The notes under the pieces were generated by a model. The model saw only the letters and a program-made list of their open reading frames with translations, made no database searches and was not told the DNA's origin. A program made the translations under genes and the position numbers. From NCBI RefSeq assembly GCF_048549895.1, contig NZ_JBLYYB010000011.1, positions 7,617 through 71,616 on the forward strand: DNA of 64,000 bases, in the 5' to 3' direction. Shown here one piece after another: positions 28,519 through 38,545 of this stretch; positions within the stretch are counted from its first letter, which is position 1; each line of letters begins with the position of its first letter. The DNA is from Hydrogenophaga sp. GTDB lineage: Bacteria; Pseudomonadota; Gammaproteobacteria; Burkholderiales; Burkholderiaceae_C.

Positions 28519-29991
28519 TCAAAGCGTGTTCTTGTGGATCCTGCCGTCCTTCATGATCACGCGCAGGTTCTTCTCCGGGTCGGCCAGAAAATCGAGGTTG
28601 GCAGCGGGATTCCCATCGGCCACCAGCAGATCGGCCCAGGCGCCTGACGCGATACGCCCCAGCGCGCCCGGGTACGGGTTTCGCATGCCCGACAGGGCCA
28701 GCAGCTCGCCATTGGTGCCCGTGGCTTGGCCCAGCAGGGTCAGCGGGTCATAAAAGCGGGTCAGTTTGGCCAGTTGACGGCCCTGGGATGCGGTGTTTTT
28801 GGGATTGAACAAAACGTCGGTGCCCCAGCCCGTCTTGACGCCGTGTTTCTGCGCCAAGGCGTAGGCGTTGACCGTGCCTTCGGACACCTGCTTCTGGCTG
28901 GCCCGACGGGCCGGGTCGGGGTAGACGTTGCTGTCCTCGTCCTGCAAGAACGGCTGCAGACTCCACCACACACCTTCGTCGCGCATCATGCGCACGCTGG
29001 CCTCGTCGGCCAGTTGCCCGTGCTCGATGCACTTCACCCCTGAGCGGATGGAGCGCTGAATGCCTTTGGGTGTGTAGACGTGCGTCATCACATAAGTGTT
29101 CCAGTCGCTCGCCGCTTCCACGCCGGCCCGCAGTTCGCGTTCGGAAAACTGCGTGCTGTCCAGTGGGTCGTACTGGGAGGCCACGCCGCCACCGGCCATC
29201 ATCTTGATCTGGGTGGCGCCCAGCATCAACTGCTCGCGAACGCGGCGCAGCACCTGGGCTTCGCCGTCGGCAATCATCGCCACGCCGGTGCTCTCCACCA
29301 AGCTCAGCGGCGTGTTGTCAGCGCGCGGCAGATCGCTGCGCAGGCGGAAATCACCATGGCCCGAGGTTTGCGAAATCATGGCCCCGCTCGGGAAGATGCG
29401 CGGCCCGGCCACCAGCCCTTCATCGATCGCGCGCTTGAGCGCAAACGCCGGTCCACCTGCATCGCGCACCGACGTGAACCCGCGCATCAGCGTGCGCTGC
29501 GCTTCCTGGCCTGCCGCCAGGTAGAGGTAGCCCAGATCCGACGTCATGGCGGCTACCTGGGGAATCGCGGCCAGCATCGTGTGCCAGTGAACATCGATCA
29601 GGCCGGGCATCACCAGCTTGCCCTGACAGTCCAGCACACGCGCGCCTTCCACCGTGGCCGACGCGGGCAGCAGCTCTTTGATGCGTTGGCCCTGCACCAA
29701 CACCTGCACGCCGTCCCTGACGGGCTTGCCAGAGCCGTCAAACAGGCGCAAGTTGGTCAGCAGCAGAGGGCGCTGATCATCGGCCTGGGCGGTCGCTGCC
29801 ACCGCATTCGTGGGCACGGTGAACGGCGCCAGCATGGCCGCCACACCACCCAGAAAATTGCGTCGCGACAGATCGTCTGTCACGCGTTGGTGCAGGCGCT
29901 GACACATGGCGCTGCTGCAAGCACACGCCTTGGCGCGGATGGGGCCGAAGCTCCACGGAAAGGCTGGAGGCGCTTGCCTGGAGGACGTCAT
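28519..29991 (-). CDS. Tat-exported metal-dependent amidohydrolase family protein
   Basis: Twin-arginine signal SRRNFLGGVAAMLAP; amidohydrolase motifs PGLIDVHWH and TGWGTD. The start is at 29991, 9 nt after AGGAGA. The track ORF extends to 30105. Confidence 0.85.
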   Translation of the reverse strand: MTSSRQAPPAFPWSFGPIRAKACACSSAMCQRLHQRVTDDLSRRNFLGGVAAMLAPFTVPTNAVAATAQADDQRPLLLTNLRLFDGSGKPVRDGVQVLVQGQRIKELLPASATVEGARVLDCQGKLVMPGLIDVHWHTMLAAIPQVAAMTSDLGYLYLAAGQEAQRTLMRGFTSVRDAGGPAFALKRAIDEGLVAGPRIFPSGAMISQTSGHGDFRLRSDLPRADNTPLSLVESTGVAMIADGEAQVLRRVREQLMLGATQIKMMAGGGVASQYDPLDSTQFSERELRAGVEAASDWNTYVMTHVYTPKGIQRSIRSGVKCIEHGQLADEASVRMMRDEGVWWSLQPFLQDEDSNVYPDPARRASQKQVSEGTVNAYALAQKHGVKTGWGTDVLFNPKNTASQGRQLAKLTRFYDPLTLLGQATGTNGELLALSGMRNPYPGALGRIASGAWADLLVADGNPAANLDFLADPEKNLRVIMKDGRIHKNTL

Positions 29992-30484
29992 GTGTGCAAG
30001 TCTCCTGTGTAAAACCTGGTGCCGATGACAAAAAGCCCGTCCGGGTCTTCGACCCTGTTGCGCTCCAACGTGACGATAGCGCCGAAGCTTGCTTTTCGAA
30101 GCCAATGCACCAGCGTTTTTGTCGTGTTAGTTGCCCCATGAACCGCCAAGACTTACAAGCTCGCGCAACCGCCCGGACGTTGTTTTCGGGGCGCTTGTGG
30201 GCGGTTCACACGGGTCCTGAACGTTCGTCAACAGGGCCGGGAGCGTTGGCTCCTAGGGTTTCCATGGGGTCACATGACCGATGTCAACCCCATGTCGCTG
30301 CAGGGACAAGGCAGGCCTTGGGCGGTCGATAGGATGACCCACCACAAAGACCATCAGACGGAGATCTGGGTCCACATGGTGGCGCTCAACAGCCAGGCTG
30401 GGCGCGCGCAAATCTGGTCATTGTTCCCTGCTGTCGTTGCACCGCAGGGCCGTGCTGGTGGTTGAAAAAAACAGGAGACAAGTG

Positions 30485-31789
30485 ATGAGACGGAACAAAT
30501 TGTTGGTGAAGCTGTCGGCGGTCGCTGCGGCGATGGTGCTGGGGGCGGGCTTGTCCACCCAGGTGCAGGCGCAGGAAACTTTTCGGGTCGGTATTGTCAG
30601 TTTCCTCTCGGGCCAGGCGGCGGACAGCTTCGGCATCCCGGCTGTGAACGGAGCCAAGCTGCTGGTCGAGGCCTTCAACAACGGCCAGGCCCCGGCACCC
30701 TACAACGCCAAGGGCTTTGGTGGCATGCGCATCGAGGCCATCTATGTGGACGAGGCCGGTGGTGCCACCAAACAGGTGCAGGAACTGCGCAACCTGTACG
30801 ACCGCGAGAAGGTGGACGCGGTGGTGGGCTATGTCGGTTCGGGCGACTGCCTGGCGGTGGCTCCCGTGGCCGAGGAAATGAAGCGTTTCCTGATCCTGTA
30901 CGACTGCGGAACCCCCCGCATTTTTGAAGAGCGCGACTACAGCTATGTCTTCCGCACAGCCGCGCACGCCGCGATGGACAACGTCTCGCTCGGTCGCTAC
31001 TTGAAAGCCAAAAACGCCAAAGTCGAGACCATCAACTACATCAACCAGGACTACGCCTGGGGTCACGACTCGCTCAAGGACTTCCAGCTGACGGCGGAGC
31101 AGCTGTTCCCGCAGGCCAAGACGGGCCAGGACCTGCGTCCCAAGTTCGGTGCTGGCCAGTACGGCACCGAAATCTCCTCGTTGCTGTCTTCGCCCGCCAG
31201 CGTCACGCACTCCAGTCTCTGGGGGGGCGACCTGCAGTCGTTCATTCTGCAGGCGGGTCCGCGCGGTGTCATGCGCCGCTCGCAGCTGGTCCTGTCGGCG
31301 GGTGACCATGTGCTGCCGGGTCTGGGCGACAAGATGCCCGATGGCGTGATCCTGGGTGCTCGCGGTGCGTATGGCCTGATGTCGCCCGACACGCCGCTGA
31401 ACCGCTGGTGGTTCAAGCTGTACGAAGACCGCGAGAAGGTCATCCCCGTGCAGGCGCCCTACCGCATGGCTCAAAGCCTGCTGGGCCTGAAGCTGGCGGT
31501 CGAGAAGGCCATGGCCGCCAACGGTGGCAAGAAGCCCAACCACGAGCAACTGGCTGCAGCCCTGCGCGGCTCCTCCTGGGAGTCCCCTGCCGGCATGATC
31601 CGCATGGTCAATGGCAAGGGGCAGCAGGCCATCCAGGACACCGCCATCGGGACCACCAAGTACAACCCCGAGAAGAAGCGGGTGGATCTGGTGGACATCA
31701 TGCGATTCCCCGCCGAGTGCGTGAATCCGCCAGCCGACATGAAGACCGAAGACTGGATCAAGAGCGGCTTCAAGGGCGCCAAGTGCTGA
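30485..31789 (+). CDS. ABC transporter substrate-binding protein (LivK/Peripla_BP_6-like)
   Basis: ATG follows AGGAGA. Signal peptide LSAVAAAMVLGAGLSTQVQAQ. It lies upstream of LivHMGF-type genes. Confidence 0.85.
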   Translation: MRRNKLLVKLSAVAAAMVLGAGLSTQVQAQETFRVGIVSFLSGQAADSFGIPAVNGAKLLVEAFNNGQAPAPYNAKGFGGMRIEAIYVDEAGGATKQVQELRNLYDREKVDAVVGYVGSGDCLAVAPVAEEMKRFLILYDCGTPRIFEERDYSYVFRTAAHAAMDNVSLGRYLKAKNAKVETINYINQDYAWGHDSLKDFQLTAEQLFPQAKTGQDLRPKFGAGQYGTEISSLLSSPASVTHSSLWGGDLQSFILQAGPRGVMRRSQLVLSAGDHVLPGLGDKMPDGVILGARGAYGLMSPDTPLNRWWFKLYEDREKVIPVQAPYRMAQSLLGLKLAVEKAMAANGGKKPNHEQLAAALRGSSWESPAGMIRMVNGKGQQAIQDTAIGTTKYNPEKKRVDLVDIMRFPAECVNPPADMKTEDWIKSGFKGAKC

Positions 31790-31938
31790 CCTGAGTCGTT
31801 TCAACGACCTTGCCGATCGCCTGTGCCGTGCCCCCTCTGTTCGCAGGCGGGGTGCGGTCGGGCGCGTGAGTTGTCCCGGCCGGCAGCGATGGCGCTGCGT
31901 CCGGCTCCAGCGATCCTCCACCCCGGGCGGAATCCCAC

Positions 31939-32832
31939 ATGCTTGCACTCACCATACTTTTTGACGGCATCATTTATGCCTCCTGGCTTTTCATCGTGGC
32001 CCTGGGGCTGACGCTGATTTTTGGCGTCCTGAAAATCCTGAACATTGCACACGGCAGCTTCTATGCGGTCGGGGCTTACGTCACCGCGTCCTTTGTTTCC
32101 TGGTCGGTGGGTGCCGGCATGTCACCCGCCTGGTCCCTGCTGTTCATGCTGCTGGCGGCCCTGGCCGTGTCGCTCTTGCTCGCGCCCCTCGTCGAACGGG
32201 TGTTGCTGCGCTCTTTCTACGGACGCGATGAAGTGTTGCTGGTGCTGGTCACCTACGCGCTGTTCCTGATCCTGGAAGACGTGACCAAGCTGATCTGGGG
32301 CGCGGTTCCGTACTACGTGACCGAACCCTACATGCTGTTCGGTGTGCTCGACATCGGGCTCATGTCTTACGTGGGCTACGACTTCATCCTGATCGGTTTC
32401 GCCGTCGTCTGTGGCCTGGGTGTGTGGTGGGGCCTGAACCGCACCCGCACCGGCAAGATCGTGCTGGCGGTGATCCACAGCAACGAGATTGCGGCCAGCA
32501 TGGGCATCAACGTGTCGCGGGTCTGCACCCTGGCGTTCATGTTCGGCATCTTTCTGGCGTCGCTGGCCGGCGCCCTGACGTCGCCCATGATTTCCGTCCA
32601 GCCAGGGCTGGCCTCGGGCGTGATCATCGTCTCGTTCGCGGTGGTGATCATTGGCGGCCTGGGCAGCATCGAGGGTGCGGCGATCGGTGCCGTGATCGTC
32701 GGGCTGGCCCGTGCACTGGCGGTGCACACCTGGCCTGCGGCAGAACTCTTCAGCATCTACATCGCCATGGCCATCGTGCTCATGTTTCGGCCTGAGGGTT
32801 TGTTTCATCGCATCCAGGCGAGGAAGATCTGA
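31939..32832 (+). CDS. Branched-chain amino acid-type ABC transporter permease (LivH family)
   Basis: The motif GLTLIFGVLKILNIAHGSFYAVGAY is typical of LivH. Confidence 0.88.
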   Translation: MLALTILFDGIIYASWLFIVALGLTLIFGVLKILNIAHGSFYAVGAYVTASFVSWSVGAGMSPAWSLLFMLLAALAVSLLLAPLVERVLLRSFYGRDEVLLVLVTYALFLILEDVTKLIWGAVPYYVTEPYMLFGVLDIGLMSYVGYDFILIGFAVVCGLGVWWGLNRTRTGKIVLAVIHSNEIAASMGINVSRVCTLAFMFGIFLASLAGALTSPMISVQPGLASGVIIVSFAVVIIGGLGSIEGAAIGAVIVGLARALAVHTWPAAELFSIYIAMAIVLMFRPEGLFHRIQARKI

Positions 32833-33803
32833 TGACCAACAGCTTGAAAAAAACGCTCCTGATCGGCACGGTGCTCACCGCGCTGTTTCTGGCGGCCGGG
32901 CTGGTGATGCCCAAGTGGCTGCTCTTCCTGTCGACGATGGCGCTCTCGCACGGTCTGGTGTCGCTGGGCATCGTGCTGCTGATGCGCATCGGAGTGGTGT
33001 CGTTCGGCCAGGGCTTTGTGTTTGCCGTGGGCGGCTATGCCAGCGCCATGGCCGCCAACCACCTGGGCATCACCGATGCCTTCCTGATGGTCTTGATCGG
33101 TGGCGGGGCGGCGGTGCTGTGTGCACTGCCGTTCGCGCCCCTGCTGTCGCGCTACCGGGGCATCTTCTTCGCCATGTTGACGCTGGCCATCTCCATGGTG
33201 CTCTACGGCATCCTGGTGAAGACGGAAGCCCTGGGGGGTTCGGACGGTTTCAACGTCAGCCGACCCACCCTGTTTGGCCAGAGCATTGCGTCCGAGCAAT
33301 CCAACTGGCTGCTGTACAGCGTGGCCGTGCTGGTGGTGGGTGTGCTGGCCACCCTGGCGCGCATTTATGTTGACTCGGTGCGCGGCCTGGTGTCGCTGGC
33401 GATTCGTGAAAACGAGTTGCGGGTGGAGTACCTGGGCGCATCGGTGTCGCGGGCGGTGGCGCTCAACTACGTGCTGGCTTCGTTCATGGGAGGCGTCGGT
33501 GGCGCACTCACACTCATGTCGCTGGGCCACATAGAACCCAACTTTGCCTATTGGACGACGTCGGGCGAGTTTGTGTTTGTGGCCATTCTGGCGGGGCACC
33601 ACAGCATGCTGGCGGTGTTCCTGGGTTCGTTCGTGGTCGAGGTGGTGCGTTCTTTCTCGAACCTGTATTTCCCCAACACCTGGCAACTGGCCATGGGGCT
33701 GTTCCTGCTGGTCGTCATCCGCTTCCTGCCCCTGGGGCTGGGGAGTCTCTGGACGAACAGACGCAAAAAGAAGACCACTGGCCGCGAAGGAGACTCCGCA
33801 TGA
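32832..33803 (+). CDS. Branched-chain amino acid-type ABC transporter permease (LivM family)
   Basis: A polytopic protein. The motif VSFGQGFVFAVGGYASA resembles the LivM signature. The start overlaps the livH-like stop. Confidence 0.88.
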   Translation: MTNSLKKTLLIGTVLTALFLAAGLVMPKWLLFLSTMALSHGLVSLGIVLLMRIGVVSFGQGFVFAVGGYASAMAANHLGITDAFLMVLIGGGAAVLCALPFAPLLSRYRGIFFAMLTLAISMVLYGILVKTEALGGSDGFNVSRPTLFGQSIASEQSNWLLYSVAVLVVGVLATLARIYVDSVRGLVSLAIRENELRVEYLGASVSRAVALNYVLASFMGGVGGALTLMSLGHIEPNFAYWTTSGEFVFVAILAGHHSMLAVFLGSFVVEVVRSFSNLYFPNTWQLAMGLFLLVVIRFLPLGLGSLWTNRRKKKTTGREGDSA

Positions 33804-34570
33804 CGACCGCCCAGACCCAGACGATGCTGTCGGCACGAGGCCTGATGAAGTCCTTTGGCGCGGTGACCGCCGCCGACAACGTCAACATTGAAATCCCCAC
33901 CGGCCAGCGGGTCAGCCTGATCGGCAGCAACGGCGCCGGCAAGACCACGTTCGTCAACATGGTGACGGGCTACCTCAAGCCCGACGCCGGCACGATCGAA
34001 CTGGATGGACAACCCATCGCAGGCCTGGGGCCGAGGCGGATCACCGGCATGGGCGTGGCACGCTCGTTCCAGATCCCGCAACTGGCGCTGGACATGACTG
34101 CCCTGGACAACATGCTGGTGGCCGCTGCCTGCAACGATGGACATCAGTCGTTCTGGCGCCCGGCCCATGCTGCCGGCCGGATCGACCGGGCCATGGCGAT
34201 GCTCTCCAAGTTCAATCTCGAGGAGCACGCCGAGCGCCGGGTGTCGGAGCTGCCCGGCGGTGTGCGCAAGCTGCTGGACATTGCCATGGCGCTGACCGGA
34301 CGTCCCAAGCTGCTGCTGCTCGACGAGCCCACCAGCGGCGTGTCGGTGGATGAAAAATTTCCGATGATGGACACCATCAGCGCGGCCCTGGCAAGCGAGC
34401 GGGTGACCGTTTTGTTCGTCGAGCACGACATGGAGATCGTCACCCGGTATTCGGACCGTGTGATCGCGTTCTACAGCGGCCGTGTGATTGCGGATGACCC
34501 ACCCTCGACCGTGCTGGACGATCCCCAGGTCCAGCGGTACGTCACGGGTTCGCTCAAGCGGGGACACTGA
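33800..34570 (+). CDS. ABC transporter ATP-binding protein (LivG family)
   Basis: The start makes an ATGA overlap with the upstream stop. Walker A GSNGAGKTT, signature LPGGVRKLL, Walker B LLLLDEP. Confidence 0.9.
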   Translation: MTTAQTQTMLSARGLMKSFGAVTAADNVNIEIPTGQRVSLIGSNGAGKTTFVNMVTGYLKPDAGTIELDGQPIAGLGPRRITGMGVARSFQIPQLALDMTALDNMLVAAACNDGHQSFWRPAHAAGRIDRAMAMLSKFNLEEHAERRVSELPGGVRKLLDIAMALTGRPKLLLLDEPTSGVSVDEKFPMMDTISAALASERVTVLFVEHDMEIVTRYSDRVIAFYSGRVIADDPPSTVLDDPQVQRYVTGSLKRGH

Positions 34571-34571
34571 C

Positions 34572-35231
34572 ATGCTGCAAATCGATTCGGTGCACGTCAC
34601 CATCCAGTCCGTCCAGGCCCTGCGAGGCTTCTCCCTGGACGTGCCCGTGGGCCAGATGGTGGGCCTGGTCGGGCGCAACGGGGCTGGCAAGACCACCCTG
34701 CTGCGCACGGTCATGGGTCACTTGAAGCCCACGCAGGGCCGTCTGATGTGGGACGGCAAAGACCTGGCCGCGATGCCGCCCCATGCGCGTGCCGCCCTGG
34801 GCATTGGCTACATGCCCGAAGACCGTGGTCTGGTGCCCGAACTGACGGTGGAGGAGAACATCCTGATTCCTGTCTGGGTCTCGCCCACCCTGCAGCCGCA
34901 GGAGCGTCTCGCGATGGTTTACCAGGTGCTGCCCGAGCTCAAGGAGATGAAAGACCGGCGCGCCTTGCTGCTGTCAGGCGGTCAGCAAAAGCTGGTGGCG
35001 CTGGCCCGCGCCCTGGCGGTCGGCACACGCCTGCTGTTGCTGGACGAGCCGTTTGAAGGGGTGGCACCCGCCTTGTCACAACGCCTCTCGGAGGTGATTT
35101 TTGGTTTGCGCGGCAAAGACATGACGGTGGTGATTGCGCAGTCTGAACTCAATCACGCAGCGTCCATGCTCGACCAGGAAGTGGTGATCGAGCGGGGCGC
35201 CAATGCGGCGCCTCGTGGCGCAGTGGCATGA
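34572..35231 (+). CDS. ABC transporter ATP-binding protein (LivF family)
   Basis: Walker A GRNGAGKTT, signature LSGGQQKLV, Walker B LLLLDEP. Confidence 0.9.
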   Translation: MLQIDSVHVTIQSVQALRGFSLDVPVGQMVGLVGRNGAGKTTLLRTVMGHLKPTQGRLMWDGKDLAAMPPHARAALGIGYMPEDRGLVPELTVEENILIPVWVSPTLQPQERLAMVYQVLPELKEMKDRRALLLSGGQQKLVALARALAVGTRLLLLDEPFEGVAPALSQRLSEVIFGLRGKDMTVVIAQSELNHAASMLDQEVVIERGANAAPRGAVA

Positions 35232-36934
35232 CCACCGGCGCCTCTGCACCAGAAGCCGACCCGGGCTTGACGCGCCCCTGGGCCGGATTTGCGGTGCCGC
35301 CGCGCCGCCGGGAAGCCCATTTTGGTGACCGCGTGCTGCCGTGTTTTCCGGGCCGTGTGGGCAGTCTGCATGCCATGCTGGAAGCCACCGTGGCGCGCCA
35401 TGGTGAGCGCCTGGCCATGGTTTTCGAAGGCCAACGCTGGACCTGGCGTGAACTCGCCGGGCTTTCCGCGCGTGCTGCCAGCGGATTTTTGAAACTGGGT
35501 CTGCAGCCCGGTGACCGGGTGGTTCTGTACCAGAGCAACCACCCGAGCTTTGTGATGGCCCTGCTGGCATTGCAACAGCTGGGTGCGGTGGCCGTGGCCG
35601 TGGGCCCGCGCGAACAAAAGGAAGGCCTGGCCTGGATCATCCAGCACTGCGGCGCTCGTGGTGTGGTCTGCGACGCCAACCTTCTCGAGCGCTTGCCCGG
35701 TCCGACCGATGCGCCTGCATTGCAATGGGCGGTCTGGGTCAATGACCAGGCTGTCGTGGAGGCCCACCACCCGCATCCCCCGGCTGGCCTGGCCGCCGCT
35801 GACCAACGGCTTCACTGCGGATTTGACGAGCTGCTGCTGGAGCCACCGTGCAGCCATGTGCAGCCGGTGCAGGAAGAGGACACGGCCATCGTTCTGTACA
35901 CCTCGGGCACCACCGGGCGTCCCAAAGGCGCGATGCTGACGCATTTCAACGTCTTGCATTCGGTGCAGCATTTCATCAGCTGCATGGCGCTGACCGAGTC
36001 AGACCGGTCGATGCTGGCGGTGCCGGTGACCCACGTCACGGGCCTCATCGCCAACCTCATGACGGTCGTGGGAACGGGTGCTGCACTGCTGGTGCTGCCG
36101 GTCTTCAAGGCGGAGCATTTCCTGCAACTGGCCGCCAGGGAAGGAATGACCCACACCCTGATGGTGCCGGCCATGTACAAGCTCCTGTTGCTCGATCCCC
36201 ATTTCACCGGGTTCGAGTTGTCGAGGTGGCGCATCGGCGGCTTCGGTGGTGCACCCATGCCCACCTCGACCATCGACGACCTCGCGAAGTGCCTGCCCAG
36301 CCTCCAGCTGCTGAACGCCTACGGCGCCACCGAAACCACGTCGCCCACCACGATGATGCCCATCGGCCAGACCCGTGCCCACGCCGACACGGTGGGCATT
36401 GCCTTGCCCTGCGCGGCGGTGATGGTGATGGACGAGCAGGGGTGTGAACTGCCCGCCGGCGAAGTGGGGGAGCTCTGGATCAGCGGGCCCATGGTCGTGA
36501 AAGGCTACTGGAACGATCCGGCCGCCACAGCCCGCGAATTCACCGCCGGGTGGTGGCACTCGGGCGATCTCGGTTCTGTGGATGCAGAGGGTTACGTCCG
36601 GGTTCTGGACCGCAAGAAGGACATGATCAACCGGGGCGGTTACAAGGTCTTCAGCACCGAGGTCGAGAACGTGCTGCTGCAGATGCCCGGCGTCATCGAA
36701 GCAGCGGTCGTGGGTGTGCCGTGCCCCGTCCTGGGCGAACGCGTGCACGCCCATGTGTACACGCAGCGCCAGGATCTGGACGTGGGAGAGGTGAAGGCTT
36801 TCTGTGCCGAGCGTCTGGCCGATTACAAAGTGCCCGAACACCTGACCGTGAGCCCCGCAGCCCTTCCGCGCAACGCCAACGGCAAACTGATGAAGCGGCA
36901 TTTGCGAACAACGCCGACGGACGCTGCTTCGTAG
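35228..36934 (+). CDS. AMP-dependent synthetase/ligase (acyl-CoA synthetase family)
   Basis: AMP-binding motif LYTSGTTGRPKGAMLTH; C-terminal GDLGSVDAEGYVRVLDRKKDMINRGGYKV. The start makes an ATGA overlap with the upstream gene. Confidence 0.9.
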   Translation: MTTGASAPEADPGLTRPWAGFAVPPRRREAHFGDRVLPCFPGRVGSLHAMLEATVARHGERLAMVFEGQRWTWRELAGLSARAASGFLKLGLQPGDRVVLYQSNHPSFVMALLALQQLGAVAVAVGPREQKEGLAWIIQHCGARGVVCDANLLERLPGPTDAPALQWAVWVNDQAVVEAHHPHPPAGLAAADQRLHCGFDELLLEPPCSHVQPVQEEDTAIVLYTSGTTGRPKGAMLTHFNVLHSVQHFISCMALTESDRSMLAVPVTHVTGLIANLMTVVGTGAALLVLPVFKAEHFLQLAAREGMTHTLMVPAMYKLLLLDPHFTGFELSRWRIGGFGGAPMPTSTIDDLAKCLPSLQLLNAYGATETTSPTTMMPIGQTRAHADTVGIALPCAAVMVMDEQGCELPAGEVGELWISGPMVVKGYWNDPAATAREFTAGWWHSGDLGSVDAEGYVRVLDRKKDMINRGGYKVFSTEVENVLLQMPGVIEAAVVGVPCPVLGERVHAHVYTQRQDLDVGEVKAFCAERLADYKVPEHLTVSPAALPRNANGKLMKRHLRTTPTDAAS

Positions 36935-37519
36935 GCTGAGAGCGTTATGTCCGTCATTCTCCTGGTTGAGTCAGGCGGGAGCGAACCACCCTTTGTTCAA
37001 ACGTGACCACCTCGCATCAAAAGAAGCTCTAAAAGGGAGCGAGCGCACACGCGAACGCGTACGTAAAAAGAGCAATTCACTTGCACTCCCTCGATATTGT
37101 TGCGGCCTTGTGCCCCAGGCCAGGATCATGGAGTGAAACAGCATGGACGGCCGAAAAGCACGGCACGTGAAGAAGACGTTGTCTTCGGAGCACTCGACTG
37201 CAAAGACGAAAGTCTGATGGGGATGTCGATGCAGACGCTGGCGAGCCTGCGGACGCCGATCGCACTGGCGCACCCGCTCGGTTAGCATAGTTGCTGGCAA
37301 CGCAGCCCTTATGCCAGCGGGCATCTTGATGCTGGTCAATGATGTCGACCGCGTACCTCAATATTCGCAAGCCGTACACGCCTCCGTGTGGCCTCGGCAT
37401 TCAGCGCTCGGTGATAGCTGGTACGGATCCAGTCACCGCTGCCTGTTGGCCGGGTGCACATTGCGAGTTTGTTCAAGGCCAGAAAGTGCCGTTTTCGCTG
37501 CGCATCCAGGAGCCCAGGT

Positions 37520-38398
37520 GTGTCCTCAGCCATCAAGATTTTCCAGGGCCGATTCGGCCGTGTCGCCCTGCTCGACATGGACGCGCCGTTGGTGGGGCAC
37601 GCGCATCACCACTGTCATATTCTCATCAAGGCTGGTGGCTCTGACAGCGCGTTTCGCGTGCGCGGGGAGCGCGCTGCAATCTCGGATGACACGGCGGTGC
37701 TGGTCAACGCTTGGGAGCACCACGCCTACGAACACGACGTCCCGCCCGGGGCGCGCACACTGATCCTGGCGCTCTACATCGAACCAGGGTGGCTGGCCGA
37801 TCTGCAGCGTTCACTGGCCCTGTCGGGGCATCCCCGCTTCTTTCCACAGTCCTGTGTCCGTTTGACCGCTGCCACGCGCAAGATCGTCGAAGAGTTCGTG
37901 CTGGAGCTCTGGTGGGGCGACGAAGTCTCCCCGGGACGCCTGGAGGACCTGTTGTTCAACCTCATCATTGCAGTGGTCGAGAGCTACTCGGGCTGGCGTG
38001 ACCTGACCAGTTTGTTGCGCAGCAAGCCTCCTGTTTCCATGGACCCTCGCATCCGAAAGGCCATTGCGCTGATGCGTCAGGACGTCGGACATGAACTCGA
38101 TGTCGACAGGGTGGCTACTGCCATCGGTCTGTCGCGGGCCCACTTCTTTACGCTGTTCCAGCGCGATACGCGGGTTACGCCGCTCGTCTATGCGAACGTA
38201 CTGCGCTTCGAGGCGGCAGTGCAACGTTTGACACACAGCCAGGAATCGGTGGGTGATGTATCCCACGACCTGGGCTTTTCCGCTCCAAGTCACTTCTCGC
38301 GATTTTTCCGCGCACACCTGGGCATTACCCCAAGCGACTACCGTCGCAAGGTCAATCTGTTCGACCCACCTCCCGGTCAGTCCTCGGACGAGATCTGA
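37520..38398 (+). CDS. AraC family transcriptional regulator (cupin-like N-terminal domain)
   Basis: C-terminal dual HTH: IGLSRAHFFTLFQRDTRVTPLVYANVLRF ... LGFSAPSHFSRFFRAHLGITPSDYR. GTG 37520 lies 7 nt after AGGAG. The track ORF starts at GTG 37454. Confidence 0.85.
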   Translation: MSSAIKIFQGRFGRVALLDMDAPLVGHAHHHCHILIKAGGSDSAFRVRGERAAISDDTAVLVNAWEHHAYEHDVPPGARTLILALYIEPGWLADLQRSLALSGHPRFFPQSCVRLTAATRKIVEEFVLELWWGDEVSPGRLEDLLFNLIIAVVESYSGWRDLTSLLRSKPPVSMDPRIRKAIALMRQDVGHELDVDRVATAIGLSRAHFFTLFQRDTRVTPLVYANVLRFEAAVQRLTHSQESVGDVSHDLGFSAPSHFSRFFRAHLGITPSDYRRKVNLFDPPPGQSSDEI

Positions 38399-38545
38399 GA
38401 GCGAACACGAAGTCATCAGACTATTTGGACAGCCGGCAGATGCGTCGGTCATTCGTCCGACGCTTGTGATACCGCATGAGCTCCCTGTTTCCCGACACTG
38501 GCGCTGCAGAACAAAAGCAGCCGTACGTCGGCACAGGAGACAAGA

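Noticed and set aside
36935-37519. Lower-GC 0.5-kb gap with ORFs 36971-37339 (-), 37077-37400 (-) and 37339-37644 (+); checked for transposase, integrase or toxin-antitoxin remnants
   Set aside because: None of the six frames gave any recognisable motif, and there are no inverted or direct repeats. I treated it as a plain regulatory intergenic region for the AraC gene.
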